Origin: Rhizophagus irregularis
Taxonomy: Eukaryota
DNA: 64,000 bases
Assembly (NCBI RefSeq): GCF_026210795.1
Contig: NC_089434.1
Coordinates: forward strand, 5,518,001 to 5,582,000
Direction: 5' to 3'
Each line of letters opens with the position of its first letter. Within the stretch, counting starts at the first letter, position 1. Both the position numbers and the translations under genes were made by a program. Of the stretch, positions 51,111 through 64,000 are shown piece after piece. The notes below the pieces were generated by a model. It made no database searches and had not been told where the DNA came from. It was given only the letters and a program-made list of their open reading frames with translations.

Positions 51111-53489
51111 ATGATCTTAAAAAGAAATGTAAAACTTCGTAATCAATTCGCTATTATTCTTCAAATAATGTTTTCAAATTTTTTGGAACCTCCTCTCCCC
51201 TGTTATTATTTATTTTAGGAAATACAAAAATTAAAATACAATTTAAAATGAAATGTCATCCTGTCCCGACTTTTTGTCCGTTAAAAGATATTTTCAATAT
51301 TATACCGACATTCATGTATAAAGATTTACAAATGAGCAGACTTTATGATCCATAATTTTTTAATATTCCAGGCACAACCAAATTGTGCGACATGAACTCC
51401 GAGAAAAAGATGGAGATTAAATTATGAAAGGAAAAAATTAATACATGATGAATTTCGGGAAAAAACGGTTTAAGTTATGGAAGAAAAAAAAAGGTCGGGA
51501 AGCCATTAAAACTCTAAATGGCTGTGTTATTAATATTCAATCACTAATTTCCCATATACAAAAAATTTGTTTAATCAATTATTTGGGAAGTATCTTAAAA
51601 ATATTTAGCCAAAACATAAAATTAGTATACAACAAAACTTTTTGTTATAAATTAAACTCTTTAAACTTTAAAGATTAAATCATCAGTTGTTAAAGATGTA
51701 ATTTTTTAGTTTCAAAATCTGATAATTTCTCGAGGTTGCTTCAATGCTTCATCAACCTCTCACAATTCTTTCACAATATTTTCTTTTGAAAATAATAATT
51801 CAATATAATAAAATATTATATATATATATATGATAATAAAAAGATAAATACCGATATTATAATAATATTATTTTGGTTTGGTTAATAAAAGATATGGTAT
51901 AAATAGAATGTTCCTATATGTTTTGATAAAATTGAGCCCCAATATGACGGTTATAGGTTTTAATATGTAATAATTAACAGTTTACATTGCTCTTATAACG
52001 AAGTAGCCGTCCTGAACATCAACTTCGTTACGAAGAATCTGAAGACTTTAATTGGTTGGTTCACTATATCGAGAGTATTTTGGCGAATACTATTGGCTTT
52101 ACATCACGTGATTCGTAATAATAACAGCGATATTGTTTACCATATGATTTATCCTGATGATTTATTATTGAAGTGATCATATTAACGTTGGTATGATCTG
52201 ACGGCAAGCGATTACTGTAGAAGAATCAAAGAATCTTTAAATCAAATGAGCAAGAAACGCTCCTTATTATAAAAAATAAATAAATAAATAATTTAAACTT
52301 CGACAAATCGGCTGTCGATATATCTCGTTGGTTTCTGATTATTTATGAACACGGATTATATGCAATCCAAAAAGATCGGCGAATCCGAATTTGTGAATAC
52401 AATGATCATCTTAGGAAAATTTTACACAAATAAGCCATCTTCATGCACAGGACAGGCGAAAATAATTGGTTTAATTCTATCCAAGTATGACAGTAAGCAA
52501 TTGACCTAAAAAAATGTAATTGTTTCCAATTTTAGTAATAATATATAAGACAAAGTAATACTTTGCCATAAAGAAAAATCCATTATTTGTAGAAATATTT
52601 ACAGACGTAGTATATTTTTCGTGAACATTCTTCGGGCAATCCTCTTGATTTGACGATAATGTAATCAGGTGATTTGTCGATCAATTATTAGCGTATACCT
52701 ACAATTCTTTACAACTTTTAAAAAATTAATTCCGTTAAAAAAAATATGCATTGTCCGTTTTTTTTTTTCGTGATAAATCAACTGATATTTTGGTGGATTA
52801 TTATTTTTTGAGATATATACAGTATAACGAACGAACGATAATAGCCATTTTATATCCCGTTTGCGATTCTTCCTCCTAAATTCTTACGAATTTTGTAACA
52901 TTTCTTACGAAAGTTACCTGGCATTTATTCAGTAATTTTATGTTTATCAAGTGGGATGTTTTTCTTTAGAGAATGTGAAAGTGAAACAAGTACCCATCAA
53001 TCAGATCACCGAATCGCTCTTATAAAGATATAAAAATAGTTGAATATGCTATAAATTTACCATTTATATACAAGCAAGCTAGTATTTTTATGCAAAAGTT
53101 ACAGAATTTTATTGTTCGAAGCGTAGCAATTTCCGTCTGTCCGCCGCATGATTAATGATCAGGTGTAACCAATGAAATTTTAGGATCAGTATGTAACATC
53201 ATCAAAAAGATTACTACATTACTTTATTCATTACTTTATAGCAATTTATTATTTCTAGCTTCGTTTCTATTCAACATAATATTTTTTAGAAATTATAAAA
53301 TATTCGTACTGAACTTACAAGTAGGGTTTTAATCGAATAATAACTTTTCCAAAAGTTCTCTCTAGACTTACAGCCCAATCATTAGTAAAGTTATAATTAT
53401 TAGATAATAACTGCGTCAATAGATAGTGTTGTTGATGATAAAGGTTATAATCATATTGGGAAATAAATTTCTTGAACAAAGAAATAGAA

Positions 53490-54040
53490 AGAATATGAGA
53501 ACTCAAAGAAGATCGCACACAATAGTTGTAAATTCGTCTATTCTATATGAGGAACTCTAAATTAGGTGAAAGTGGAATTAACGAGTTATTCAATAATTGA
53601 AGAATTAAAACACATAGAAAATTATATTCACATGGGTGTGAATTTCACTGCTGTTGGGTATGTAATATACATTTATATATCTTTTTTAAAAAAATTTTTG
53701 CGTTAAATTTTATTTTATTTACAAATGGCCTTTGTCTTTTCATCGTGAACTACCCAAAAAGCCAGTGTTTATATTATATTATCGGTACAATAGAAATGAT
53801 TTATTTATCATGAATAGGTTTAGTAACTGAAGCACAAGGCGTGATACTATTATTCAATTAGTGAACCGCCACTGTTTACCGGAAAAAAATCAATAATCTC
53901 AAAATCAGCCAGCGCATACGATAAGCATATATTTCACATTCTATCACCAGCACCAGCACCCAGTTCATTGAAACAATTAAACATTTCAAATTAAAATCAT
54001 CTCTCATTACTACGTGACGATCAAACTCTCTCTAGTTACA
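53490..54040 (+). pseudogene. Decayed paralogue of the 16468 F-box/LRR gene
   Basis: Colinear matches to exon 2 end (GAAAGTGGAATTAACGA..TCACTGC..GGGTAT), intron 2 (TTTTTGCGTTAAAT), exon 3 (CATCGTGAACTACCC) and exon 4 (TTTAGTAACTGAA; CATTGAAAC..TTTCAAATT). Confidence 0.75.
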
Positions 54041-56019
54041 ATTAGATGCAGGATTATAATAGTCAAAAGATTCTACCAAGTTCGAATTTTATTTTTTTGG
54101 TCAACATTGTTTCTTAAAATTTTCATTCAAAAATTTAGTTCGATAAATTACTTATACCATTCAGCATATTTCTGAAAACTGGAACAATCGACTAAGGAGA
54201 TAAGAATTTGATTAATTAAATACTTTAACAAAGAATAAAAAACAAAGGTCAGCGAGTGGTATTTCTTCCATTTGTCTAATTTTCATCGTAGTTAGTCACA
54301 ATTATTAAACCTTTTTGTTCTCTAGGTCTTTGCGGTGGATTATTTCCACTTGAGAAGGATAGTAATGGAAGGTATTACACGATTACTTTCATTATTTATG
54401 AAAAAGATTGTGCACTGTTCTACGCATATATACAGTACTTGATCAAGGTTTGCTGCTTTTAAAGAGCTTATTAGAATAATAAAATATATGATCTTATTAT
54501 TCTTAACGATCCATAATATTTACTAAAATGGTTGATTTGATCTCTTTTACAAAAGGAAAAAAGTTGCTGATATTTTTACGGATGATGTTTAATTAGAATG
54601 ATGGATTAAAGGTCTCGATATTTAAAACCAGTAATCTGTCCTGTACATAGCTCCGTGAAATAACATTGAGAAATCGTGATTGTGAGAGATGATACATGAT
54701 CCTATTTATGGAAAAATATGATGGTGGCAATGTGGGCGTTGCTGCTGCAGGTGGCGGTTTAATCAGAGTGAGTTATGATGAAGATGATGATAGCGCTTGT
54801 TCCTGGTTTATTCCAAAGGAAATTGAAGAGATCTAAATCAGGAGACAACAAACGAAAACGTGTATTATTTTGAATTAATAAGGGTTCCAAGGAAAAGTAA
54901 AGTCCCTGCTTTATTGCCGTTAATCCAATCACCGAATAACGCGCGAATCAGCAAAATTAATAAAATAATTTTTTGCCATCCTTACAATCAACAATTCATG
55001 ACTAGTGATTTATTAATACCATTTTTCACACCATTTTTCACAAAATTAATAATGAAGCATTGAAAGATGATGTCTTCATCAAATATAATGATATCCAGAA
55101 TCAGGAAAAGTGTCGAGACCAATCATCGATCGCGAACTCTTGCGGCTTTATTACATAACCAGTTATCGGCTTGAACGATGGTATGTAATTTAAATATTAT
55201 AAACTAAGTTTGTAATATTCATGTATTGACAAGTTTGATAATTAGATACCACGCATCACGACATGGAAAAACGACGCGTTTTTTTGGGGTATGATATTTT
55301 GAAGCTATAAATGTTTCTTTTTCATAAAGTTGATTTCTAGGTATTTACAAAAATATTATAGACCTTTTACGATCAATGACCAATACTTTTTTTTTTATTC
55401 AATTTCGAGTAAGTGAATTTTTTAATGATTAATTCCGATGTTTCATAACGAAATCTAACTTGTATGCACTTTTTATGCTTCTTTTATACAGAACTTTCAT
55501 GGCTAAATATTTTAAATAATATGTTCAAAAATATATTTTGATATTTTTTTTTTCCTTTAAATAAAATAATTATAATCATTCAAATTGAGAATTTTTCTTT
55601 TTACTTGAAGTTGGGAATCATAGATTTCGCCTATGAAGAATATAAAATGTATGCACAAGACTAACTATAAAAAATAATCAAGATAATTAAGTAAAGTCCT
55701 TAAGTGAATAATTTATATTTAAAACAAATTAAAATATTAGTCATTTGGATCATTATTTTTTCAATTAAGGCATTCTTTATTTATAATTTCATTATTTGTT
55801 ATTTGTCAAATTTTTATTAACCTAAATTCCTCATTATAATTAATATTACTACTTTATATTGTAAAATTAATGTAAATTTACAAATTTTAAAATAAAATAC
55901 AATTTGTACACTTTTGTGAATCAGATTTATTTACAGCAGAATTGATTTTGATTGCTATAATATTACGGAACAATGCTGAATTGTATATTGACTAACGTAA
56001 TTAATTTGTACCAACGTAA

Positions 56020-56182
56020 TAAATCTATGACCAAAGTTCTGCAAGTATTGCCAAAGCATTTATGAAGGTATAGCAACATGAATTGCCCCGAAGATTTTGC
56101 ACGCTGACGGTAGGTCGGAATTCAAGGTTGAAGTTATTAGGTAATGAAGGATAAAGGCACGCGTATCCGGGTAGGTACTATA
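56020..56182 (+). pseudogene. Retroviral-type (rve) integrase core fragment
   Basis: SIAKAFMKV..PKILHADGRSEFKVEVIR/MKDKGTRIRVGT with frameshifts, i.e. the second-Asp D-G-x-x-E-F motif; truncated before the catalytic Glu. Confidence 0.6.
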
Positions 56183-57094
56183 CTGACGTAATTATTCGTA
56201 CAGACGCAATAATTATTACCGACGTAATTATCAAGAGCTGATCCTAAAAAAAAATGAAAACGAACGTTAGTAACGTCCAAACAAAAAGAACACATTCGCC
56301 ACCTTCAACTCACGATTCTGGAATCTCAAATCAAAATCTAAGTCCAGGAGCTGTCACTAAAGAAAAAAAAATGAAAAGGAAAATTAGTGAGGGTTTCCAA
56401 CTCTCAATTCCTATTCCGCTCTGAGGTCCAAGACCGAAATTCACGTCCAGGCGTCCAAGGAAGTATCTACAAGAAAAAAAAAATAAAAGGGACGTTTCAG
56501 TCAAATTTCTAACATTTCCTAACCTCCCTACTCTCTAATACCAATTCTCACACCTTATTATGAAATCCAGTCCGGTAAAGTACCCTCAAAAAAAAAAAAA
56601 ATACTATTTCGGTACTTTTCTTTTTGAAAGGTTCGTCTTTATTTTCAAAAAAAAAGGTTCTTTATTTTTAAATTAAATAGAATATATATATACACATATA
56701 TTCTCTTGTTTTAAAATAAAAAAAAAGATATTTCCTTTTTTTAAAAAAAAATTTTAAGAAAGAAGTAAGATATTTCTACGTCTTCTTTAAAAAATAAAAT
56801 AAAATATATATATCGTTTTATGAAAAAAAAAGTAGTTTTACTAAAAAAAAAAATATTTCGTCTTTAAAAAAAAAAATATATTTCGTTTTATAGAAATATA
56901 AAAAAATATTTTAATTATTCCGTTTCGTTTTAAAAAATAAGGAAACAATAATACTATCGCTTTATTAAAAAAAACAAATATTCCGTTTTATTAAAAAAAA
57001 ATTAAATATTTTGAAAAAAAAATATTTCTTTTTTTTTTAAATTAAGCAAAACTAAAAATATTTCTCTTTTTGTAAAACGCTGAACCATTTCTCA

Positions 57095-57410
57095 TTATTT
57101 TTTCAATTTAAGTAAAACGAACAAATATTTATTTCATTTTCCAGTTAAGTAAAAACGAAAATACTTCTTTTCCTTTTTTTTCAATTAAGTAAAAACGAAA
57201 ATACTTCTTTCCTTTTTTCAATTAAGTAAAAACAAAAAGTACTTCTTTCCTTTTTTCAATTAAGTAAAAACAAAAAGTACTTCTTTCTTTTTTTCAATAA
57301 GTAAAAACGATAAATACTTCACTTTTTTTTTCAATTAAGCGAACACGAAAAAATGTTTCTTTCTTTTTTTCAAATTAAATAAAAACGAAAATATTTATTT
57401 GTTTTTTTCA
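57095..57410. repeat. ~38-40 bp tandem repeat
   Basis: About 7-8 copies of TTTTTTCAATTAAGTAAAAACGAAAATACTTCTTTCC. Confidence 0.85.
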
Positions 57411-57849
57411 TTTTTTCATCTTTTTTTAAAAAAAAATTTGGTTCGGTAAGTCATATGACCTTCGGTAAGTCATTACCGAGCCGAACAATATTTAAAGCTT
57501 TTTTGTTACATATATTGTTTTTTGTATCACATTTTAATAATTTAATTAACCATTTTTTTAAACCGGAAATTTCAGGTTGATCGATTTAATCTTCACGTTA
57601 ATACTTTACTTTCCGCAAATTTTTTTTTTAAAAAAAAAATTTTCATGTTTTGAAATTCAATACGCATCTCGCACATAATTTTTTATAGTTGCCGTAGTGA
57701 TTTGTATCTTTAGTTTTGGGATAATAATATAAATTATCCGGAGGGAAAATTCTTCCTGTGACGAATAAGGTGACAAATAGAATTTTTAAATAACAAAAAA
57801 TTTCTAAGTCCCCAGACCGTGGGGGTGTGATACATTGTGATACTGAATT

Positions 57850-60800
57850 TTCTATAAAAAATTCTTAGTAATATTTTAGAATAATTCTTTTTAATGTGCA
57901 GTTATTTAACTTGCAAGAATTCTATAATAAACATCATATTTTTTGATTTTATCAAAGTATTAAGAGTACTGATTAAATATGTAGATGTTCAATAAACATC
58001 AATGATCTTTTTCTGATCATATTATTTATCTATATAAAATTTTTAGAATTTAGAAAAAATTCAAGAAAATGATCTTTGAAAAAAAATAATTATAATAAAC
58101 AATTGGTATGAATTTGCAATTTTAAAAAATTGAAATAATAGGCTTTTCTAGTATAAAACATAATATTTAATGTAAAGAAATTATTTCAAAAATATTAGCT
58201 CTTTGCTTGTATATAGATCATATATATCAATAAATTCAATATACCAAAAATCAAGTATGATCAATAAAAGTGAATTATCAATATTTAAAAAAAATGATAG
58301 CATGTATATTATATATTAAATTTAACTTTTTGTCTTTAATTTGTGGCTGCATAAAGATAAAATAAATGAAACTTAATAAAAGCATAATAGGAAAATCTAA
58401 CATTATCAATTGGATTTTATTAAGTATATCATATTTTTTAATTGTTAGTTATTAGTATTATAGTTGGATTTATTGAACCTTAAATTAACTAAATTCTAAA
58501 ACACATAATTAAAGTTCTTTTGTTTTTTAATCTAATTACCTACAGCTTCATTATATATATTATTATACTATAATTTATTTAGTATTGTGACTTGTTAAAC
58601 AATTAGTTAATTATTTGTATATTAGTAAAATACTGTGATGCATTATTTTTTTATAATCGTAATATTAGTATAAATATTACTATATTTAAATTATATTGTT
58701 ATCTTCAATTCAATTTTAATAGTGAAAATACTTTTTCATTTTACAAAATTTTATTAGTATATGACAAGATTTATTTATATATATAAAGTATATAAATTTA
58801 GAAAAATCAGCCCAACTTTCAATATCACTTTTTGATTAATTTAATTGAATTTATTAAATAAATTATTTGTTTCATAATAATAAATAATATATTTTTATTA
58901 AAATACAAATTTAAGAATTATGAAATAGTAAATATTTAAAATTAGATGGAATTATATTATAATTTTATTACTTAATCTAAAGAAATTATTCTTTAAATAT
59001 TTAGTTTATATTTAATATTATTAATGTAATTTATTATTTATTGATTTATTAATTTAAGACTTTATTTGTATTTAATAATTAATTGTACAAATATTTTAAA
59101 TAATACTAATATAACTCACATTTAAAATTATTTAAAGTTTATATTAAAATTTTTCAAAAGTTGCATATTACAAGAGTATTTTCAAAATTTCATTATCCTA
59201 CATACCACTGTTTTTTAATACAACTGGTAATTTAATTTTATAAAATTTATATCATTAAATTTGTTTTAATAAGAAAATTCTAATAATAGTAAAATTGCAT
59301 TTTTGGCTTCAATATTAATAATAGAATTATGCCATAAAATGTATTTTTACTTTAGTATTTAACATTTATTAGATCTTATTATAATTTATATAAATTATGA
59401 TTTTAGCTTTAAATAAATAAAAAAAAAATTCTATTATTATATCAATTATTATTTTCTTTTATTTCTATCAATAGAACATGATAATTAAAATTTTTTACAA
59501 ATAATACAAATAAGAAAAACTTATTTTAAATTACATTTTTTGATTATTGAATTACTTATAAAAGAAACATTAATTATTTTTACTCAAAAAATTATAACAC
59601 TTTTGCTCTCATTGCATTTCTATTAAAATATATTAAATTTATTAAACTAATTGTAATAAAATTTTAAACTTAATATTTCCTTTTAAGTTTTAATATTATT
59701 TATTTATTGCTAATATTCTTTTTTTATATAAATTATACTAAATATATTTAATTTTCCTTTCAAATTTATTTCTTTAATTTTCTTAATTATTCTTTTTCTT
59801 TTTTCAATTTACTTAATCTCTTTACTCTTAATTCCTTACTTTCCTTTCATACATTCAATTAAAACATTTTTAATTGAATAATATAAATGGCAAAATTGAA
59901 TGTAATCTTTTAATTAATTGCTTTTATACAAATACAGTAAATTTAGTTGATTAAAAAACTATTTACATTGACTCTTGATATAATTATTAATAATATTAGA
60001 AAATGAATGAAAGATTTTCTAATATTTAAGAAAATAAAAATAAATTGCTTATATAGAACTAATATACTGTAAAATTCTAAATATAAGCATACATTCCTCT
60101 GAATATAAATACCTTCAGATTTTATATTATCTAAAAGTAAGCACTCTTAACTAATATTTTCTTTAAAAATATTTATTTTTTTAATATATTTTATTATCTT
60201 TTTATAATTTTTTTGTATATTTAATTATTTGTAAATATTATTATATTGGTTATCAATTATATAATTTATAATTAATTAATTATTAGACTAAAGATCTGAA
60301 AACTATGTCTTTTTTATTAAATATCAAGCCAAATACTAAGCATTTTTTTGTTAAATATAAAGCTATTTTATTAAATATTAAGCTTTTTTTTTTGTTAAAT
60401 ATTAAGCTACTTTTGTTAAATACTAACATTTTTTGTTAAATCCAAAGCTATTTTGTTAAATACTAAACTTCTTTTTTGTTAAATACTAAATTACTTTTAT
60501 TAAATATTAACATTTTTTTTTTGTCAAATTCAAAGTCATTTTTATTAAATTTTAAGTTTTTTATTAAGTATCAAGTAATTTCTGTTAAATATTAAGAAAA
60601 ACAACAAATTATAAAATTTTTTTAGTTCTTTTATTTATCAAAATAGAATAAATTAATTAAAAATAAAATTCTAATATAAATATCTGTTACTAATCATAAA
60701 ATTAGCTATAAATAAAATTAATTTTTCTTGAATTTATAATTAATAGTAGGTATTGATGATGCTAATTAAAATTCTAATTTATAGCTAATTTAAATTAATC

Positions 60801-61320
60801 TTAATATGTTTTTTTTACTTTAACTAATGGCTTTTTTGTTTAATATAATTTGGATTAGTTTTATTTTGATAGTTTTTCATTTTTATTATTTATTATTTTA
60901 TTATTTTTATTATTTATTATTTTATTATTTTTATTATTTATTATTTTATTATTTTTATAGATATTATTTTATAGATAAATTAAAATAAAGTTTTAAGATA
61001 TTTTATATTATTTATTATAAATATTTTTGTTATAAAAAGTTTAATAAACAATCTATATAAATACTTGAAAAAATATTATTAAAAGAAAAAGCCTATTTAT
61101 GAAATAAATATAATGCAAATGTAGGAAATAATTAAATAATTGAAAATAAAAACTTCTAATTGTAAATATAGTTTTATAAAGATATATTATACGTTATATC
61201 AATTGTAAATATTAAAGGCTACTAATTTTATTAATATCATAATTTGTAATGCATATTGTATTAAAAGATAAATTAGCCAATTATATTAATGAATTTACAG
61301 CTAATAAAAAATCTTGTGAT
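57850..61320. repeat. Extremely AT-rich, CpG-depleted decayed element with internal minisatellites (60320-60600, 60880-60960)
   Basis: Only isolated CG dinucleotides over ~3.5 kb, no ORF >=60 aa; TTTTGTTAAATAYTAA and TTATTT repeats. Confidence 0.6.
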
Positions 61321-61329
61321 TATACTGGC

Positions 61330-62254
61330 ATTTCTTCATGTAGGAGATTATCATGGATTGGGTGATTCAAGTCTAAAGGATCTTTGCCACCCTTAAGCCA
61401 ATCGTTACCATCATCTCTCTTAGGTTCATTCATTCCTTTCTCTGTCCTAACTCCCCAAAGATGTCCAGAGTTCTTCTTTCATGATTCCTGCTGTCAGTCA
61501 TCACTGCTAAGGTTGTCATCTGTCTTAGCTGGAGTGATTTGAGGTGTAGATGATGAACTTTCTTCGGACGAGGCAACTGAATTATGGCAGGAGCCCCTGG
61601 TCAAATCTCAGAGAAATTACCCATAGTCCCTTAGATTTTATCATTAATCAACTCTGAAATTGGGTTCGCATTATATGTAGTGATATACTTAATTTTGTCT
61701 ACATCTACCTTTTCAAATAATTTATATATCTTCACAGCTTTCTGAGTTTCCCTTGCAAGTATTTGCGGGAAATTTCTGAGTCGTAATCCCGTTTCTTCAG
61801 ATCTCTTTTTACGAAAAATAGGAAAAATAGAAAGGCCTTCCAAGATTTATCCCCTTTGCCTTTTTTCCTTGATTTCACCTTTGCCATCTTTACCATCTTG
61901 TATAGTTGCTCCAACCTGAATCAATTCTTTTCCATAATAATACCAGCGTAAAATCTCTTCCTGATTAGCACAATTACGCCACACTCAGCATCCGTTGTTT
62001 TATCGAATAATTATGCTAAAGAATGAAGAATTTTGGCCAGGGCCCCGGCTAAAATTTCATCGCAAGGATCGCATTCTTGTTTTTAAGATCAAAATTCTCC
62101 ATCACGAAGGTACCATTCTTAGAATCAAGTTTTCCTCTTGCAGAGTAACGCGTCCTCTTCATGTTTTTTCAAATTCGGCATTCTCAGCCTCAAGCTCAGT
62201 GGTACGCTGTCTCAATACTTCAAGCTCGGGTGGGTTCGCTTTGTTAACTAACAT
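61330..62254 (-). pseudogene. Frameshifted copy of a coiled-coil, probably multicopy/TE-associated gene
   Basis: MLVNKANPPELEVLRQRTTELEAENAEF..., ANQEEILRWYYYGKE, ETQKAVKIYKLFEKVDVDKIKYITTY in different frames. Confidence 0.6.
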
Positions 62255-62962
62255 TGTGAAAATTTATGAAGGGAATTGTTCAATGTTATGTGACAAATGA
62301 AAAGACTTGCTTTATTAATATACTATACATGCTTATTTTTTCTTTATCTTTTCTACACGGCGTTTCTTATTTGCGGTTCCTCACTATCCTTTAACAAGCA
62401 TAACCCCTAAAATCATCTTCACGTTCTTGTACAAGTGTGTTGGGATAAAAATTTATTTCCGAGAAAGTAGTGATCGTTAATACGTTTTTATATCGCACAG
62501 AAATTGCATCATTTCACGTGACCCGCTTTCTCGACTCTCCTACCTCTCGAACAGGAAATTTGCAATTATTTATTCTTTTACGATAGTATTCGATCAAGAA
62601 AGGAAATTGGAAGATTCAGTATAGCAACCCGATGAAAAAGAAACGATCAGAAGAGCCACATTTCCCGTGATCTCAGATCCTTCGTGAAAGAATGCGGACA
62701 TGCAAATCAATTAAAGAATTGGAATTTGACTAAGAAAAGAGTTATAAACAAGATATATAAATGTATGTATACCGATACAGTGTATTTCTGCAAATTCAAC
62801 CATTTTAACTTACATAATTATTAGATTATTCGAATGAGATATGAGATTTGTAAAATCATCCAAACTTAAAAAGTTATTTATTTGTTGTACTGACTGCCAT
62901 TGTGTAGCTACAATTTTTAATAGAAAAGAACATGTACAGTACGCTATCTCTTTTGAATAAAG

Positions 62963-63877
62963 ATGAAAAAGTCATACTTGTTATTGTGTCTTTTACTCAT
63001 AACCAATTTTTCAATAACGGTTTACGCACAGCAAGTAGAATTATATGATGCCACCAGCGATGCCATCGATTTTTTCATCACGGTCATGGTCCCACTGTTG
63101 GCAATATCACTCTTTGAAACAAAGAGACGAACAAAAAGAAATATATTCACTTTTCTCGACGATTTCATAATCTATTCCAGCTTCCTCATACCCGTCATAT
63201 ATTTCTATTTCTACAGTATCAGGACCGGTACAACCCACACACTGAATTTTGCAGTAGCTTGTGCCCTATTTTTTGCTCTTATTTTGATACTGTTTGAATT
63301 CTTACTTTTCATGAGGGAAGATTATTTTAGAAGATACAAGAGATTTTGTAGTATAATCTATGCATTCATTCTTTCTGTAAATGTATTTGAGCTAGGAATT
63401 ATTTTTAAGACCAACACAGTAGTGAAAAAATTAGATCCTTATGTTATGACTGCCATTTGTGATGGAGGTCGTGTCAGATGTAATCTTGCTACTGCTTTGC
63501 TCATAATAGCCGTCATTTCTTCGCTTCTACTTTTGCTTCTGCCAATATCCAAAGCGATCGGGCGTTGCTACCTCACTTCATTCTATGTAAAACTTTCTTC
63601 AACTTTATGTCATGCAGTGATAATAAGCATGGTAACACTAGTGACGGGGTGGACACTAAGTAATAGTGAATATGTGACGAAGATTGTATTGGCTATTGGT
63701 ACATTATCTATCACACGAATTATTAATCGTTTCAGGGATTTTGATACTAGCAAAGTAATAAACGTCCAAGGACAAGAAGAAATACCCAAAAGAATTTTGT
63801 TGTCGCATTTTTTGTTCGATTTTGATGACTTATCTAATGGGATCAAAGAAACAAAAGAACTCAAGCAAACGGTTTAA
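62963..63877 (+). CDS. Signal peptide + predicted 7-TM protein, divergent member of the same family (304 aa)
   Basis: YDATSDAI..VPLLAISLF vs YNPAEDTI..LPVLIVGLF; FLDDFIIYSS vs IFDDFFIFAS; ICDGGRVRCN vs YCIKNFGINKCN; LVTGWTLSNSEYVTKIVLAIGTLSITRIINRF vs IVSGYLISTSPIITRIAFGICTLSFTRLVNHF. Confidence 0.88.
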   Translation: MKKSYLLLCLLLITNFSITVYAQQVELYDATSDAIDFFITVMVPLLAISLFETKRRTKRNIFTFLDDFIIYSSFLIPVIYFYFYSIRTGTTHTLNFAVACALFFALILILFEFLLFMREDYFRRYKRFCSIIYAFILSVNVFELGIIFKTNTVVKKLDPYVMTAICDGGRVRCNLATALLIIAVISSLLLLLLPISKAIGRCYLTSFYVKLSSTLCHAVIISMVTLVTGWTLSNSEYVTKIVLAIGTLSITRIINRFRDFDTSKVINVQGQEEIPKRILLSHFLFDFDDLSNGIKETKELKQTV

Positions 63878-64000
63878 AAACTCTATTATTCTAATATGGA
63901 TTTGTAAATATTTTATCCCAATGAAAATAAATTATTTTGATTCTCTTATTATTTTTATAATTTTAATATGCCGAAATTATTTGCATAAAATTCTATCAGG

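Noticed and set aside
54320..55340. Coding-like, intron-punctuated segment
   Set aside because: Probably a pseudogene, but it has stops in the frames examined and I could not assign a family.
61995..62300. 101-aa plus-strand ORF
   Set aside because: Antisense to the minus-strand coiled-coil pseudogene.
890..62530. Frequent TCACGTGA (E-box/CDEI-like) motifs
   Set aside because: Scattered and often inside repeats; enrichment and function cannot be supported without counting against the genome background.
63610..63864. 84-aa minus-strand ORF
   Set aside because: Antisense to the conserved 62963 gene.
1..64000. tRNA, rRNA, intact transposase or prokaryotic operon
   Set aside because: None recognised by eye.

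Overview
Very AT-rich eukaryotic genomic DNA with short GT-AG introns and CTAAC/CTAAT branch points. The gene families (decayed TKL-type kinase, F-box/LRR, MATA-HMG-like remnant) suggest an arbuscular mycorrhizal fungus (Glomeromycotina, Rhizophagus-like); this is inference. Six genes look intact: a 4-exon F-box/LRR gene, a 7-exon class-3 lipase and four intronless members of an unrecognised predicted 7-TM membrane protein family. Three of these are close paralogues spread by local segmental duplication and one is divergent, with a signal peptide. The rest is pseudogenes, tandem repeats and many small non-autonomous transposons (hAT-like with 8-bp TSDs, MULE-like with 9-bp TSDs, CCC..GGG elements, a Helitron), several of them nested. 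The most unusual items are: (1) the GPCR-topology orphan family, with a possible decayed KEX2-type peptide precursor head-to-head with one member; (2) non-coding tandem arrays of intron + micro-exon units; (3) a MITE terminus that supplies a 5' splice site of the lipase gene; (4) a ~140-bp cassette present in both orientations between fixed flanks. Exon structures were derived by eye and no database searches were run.
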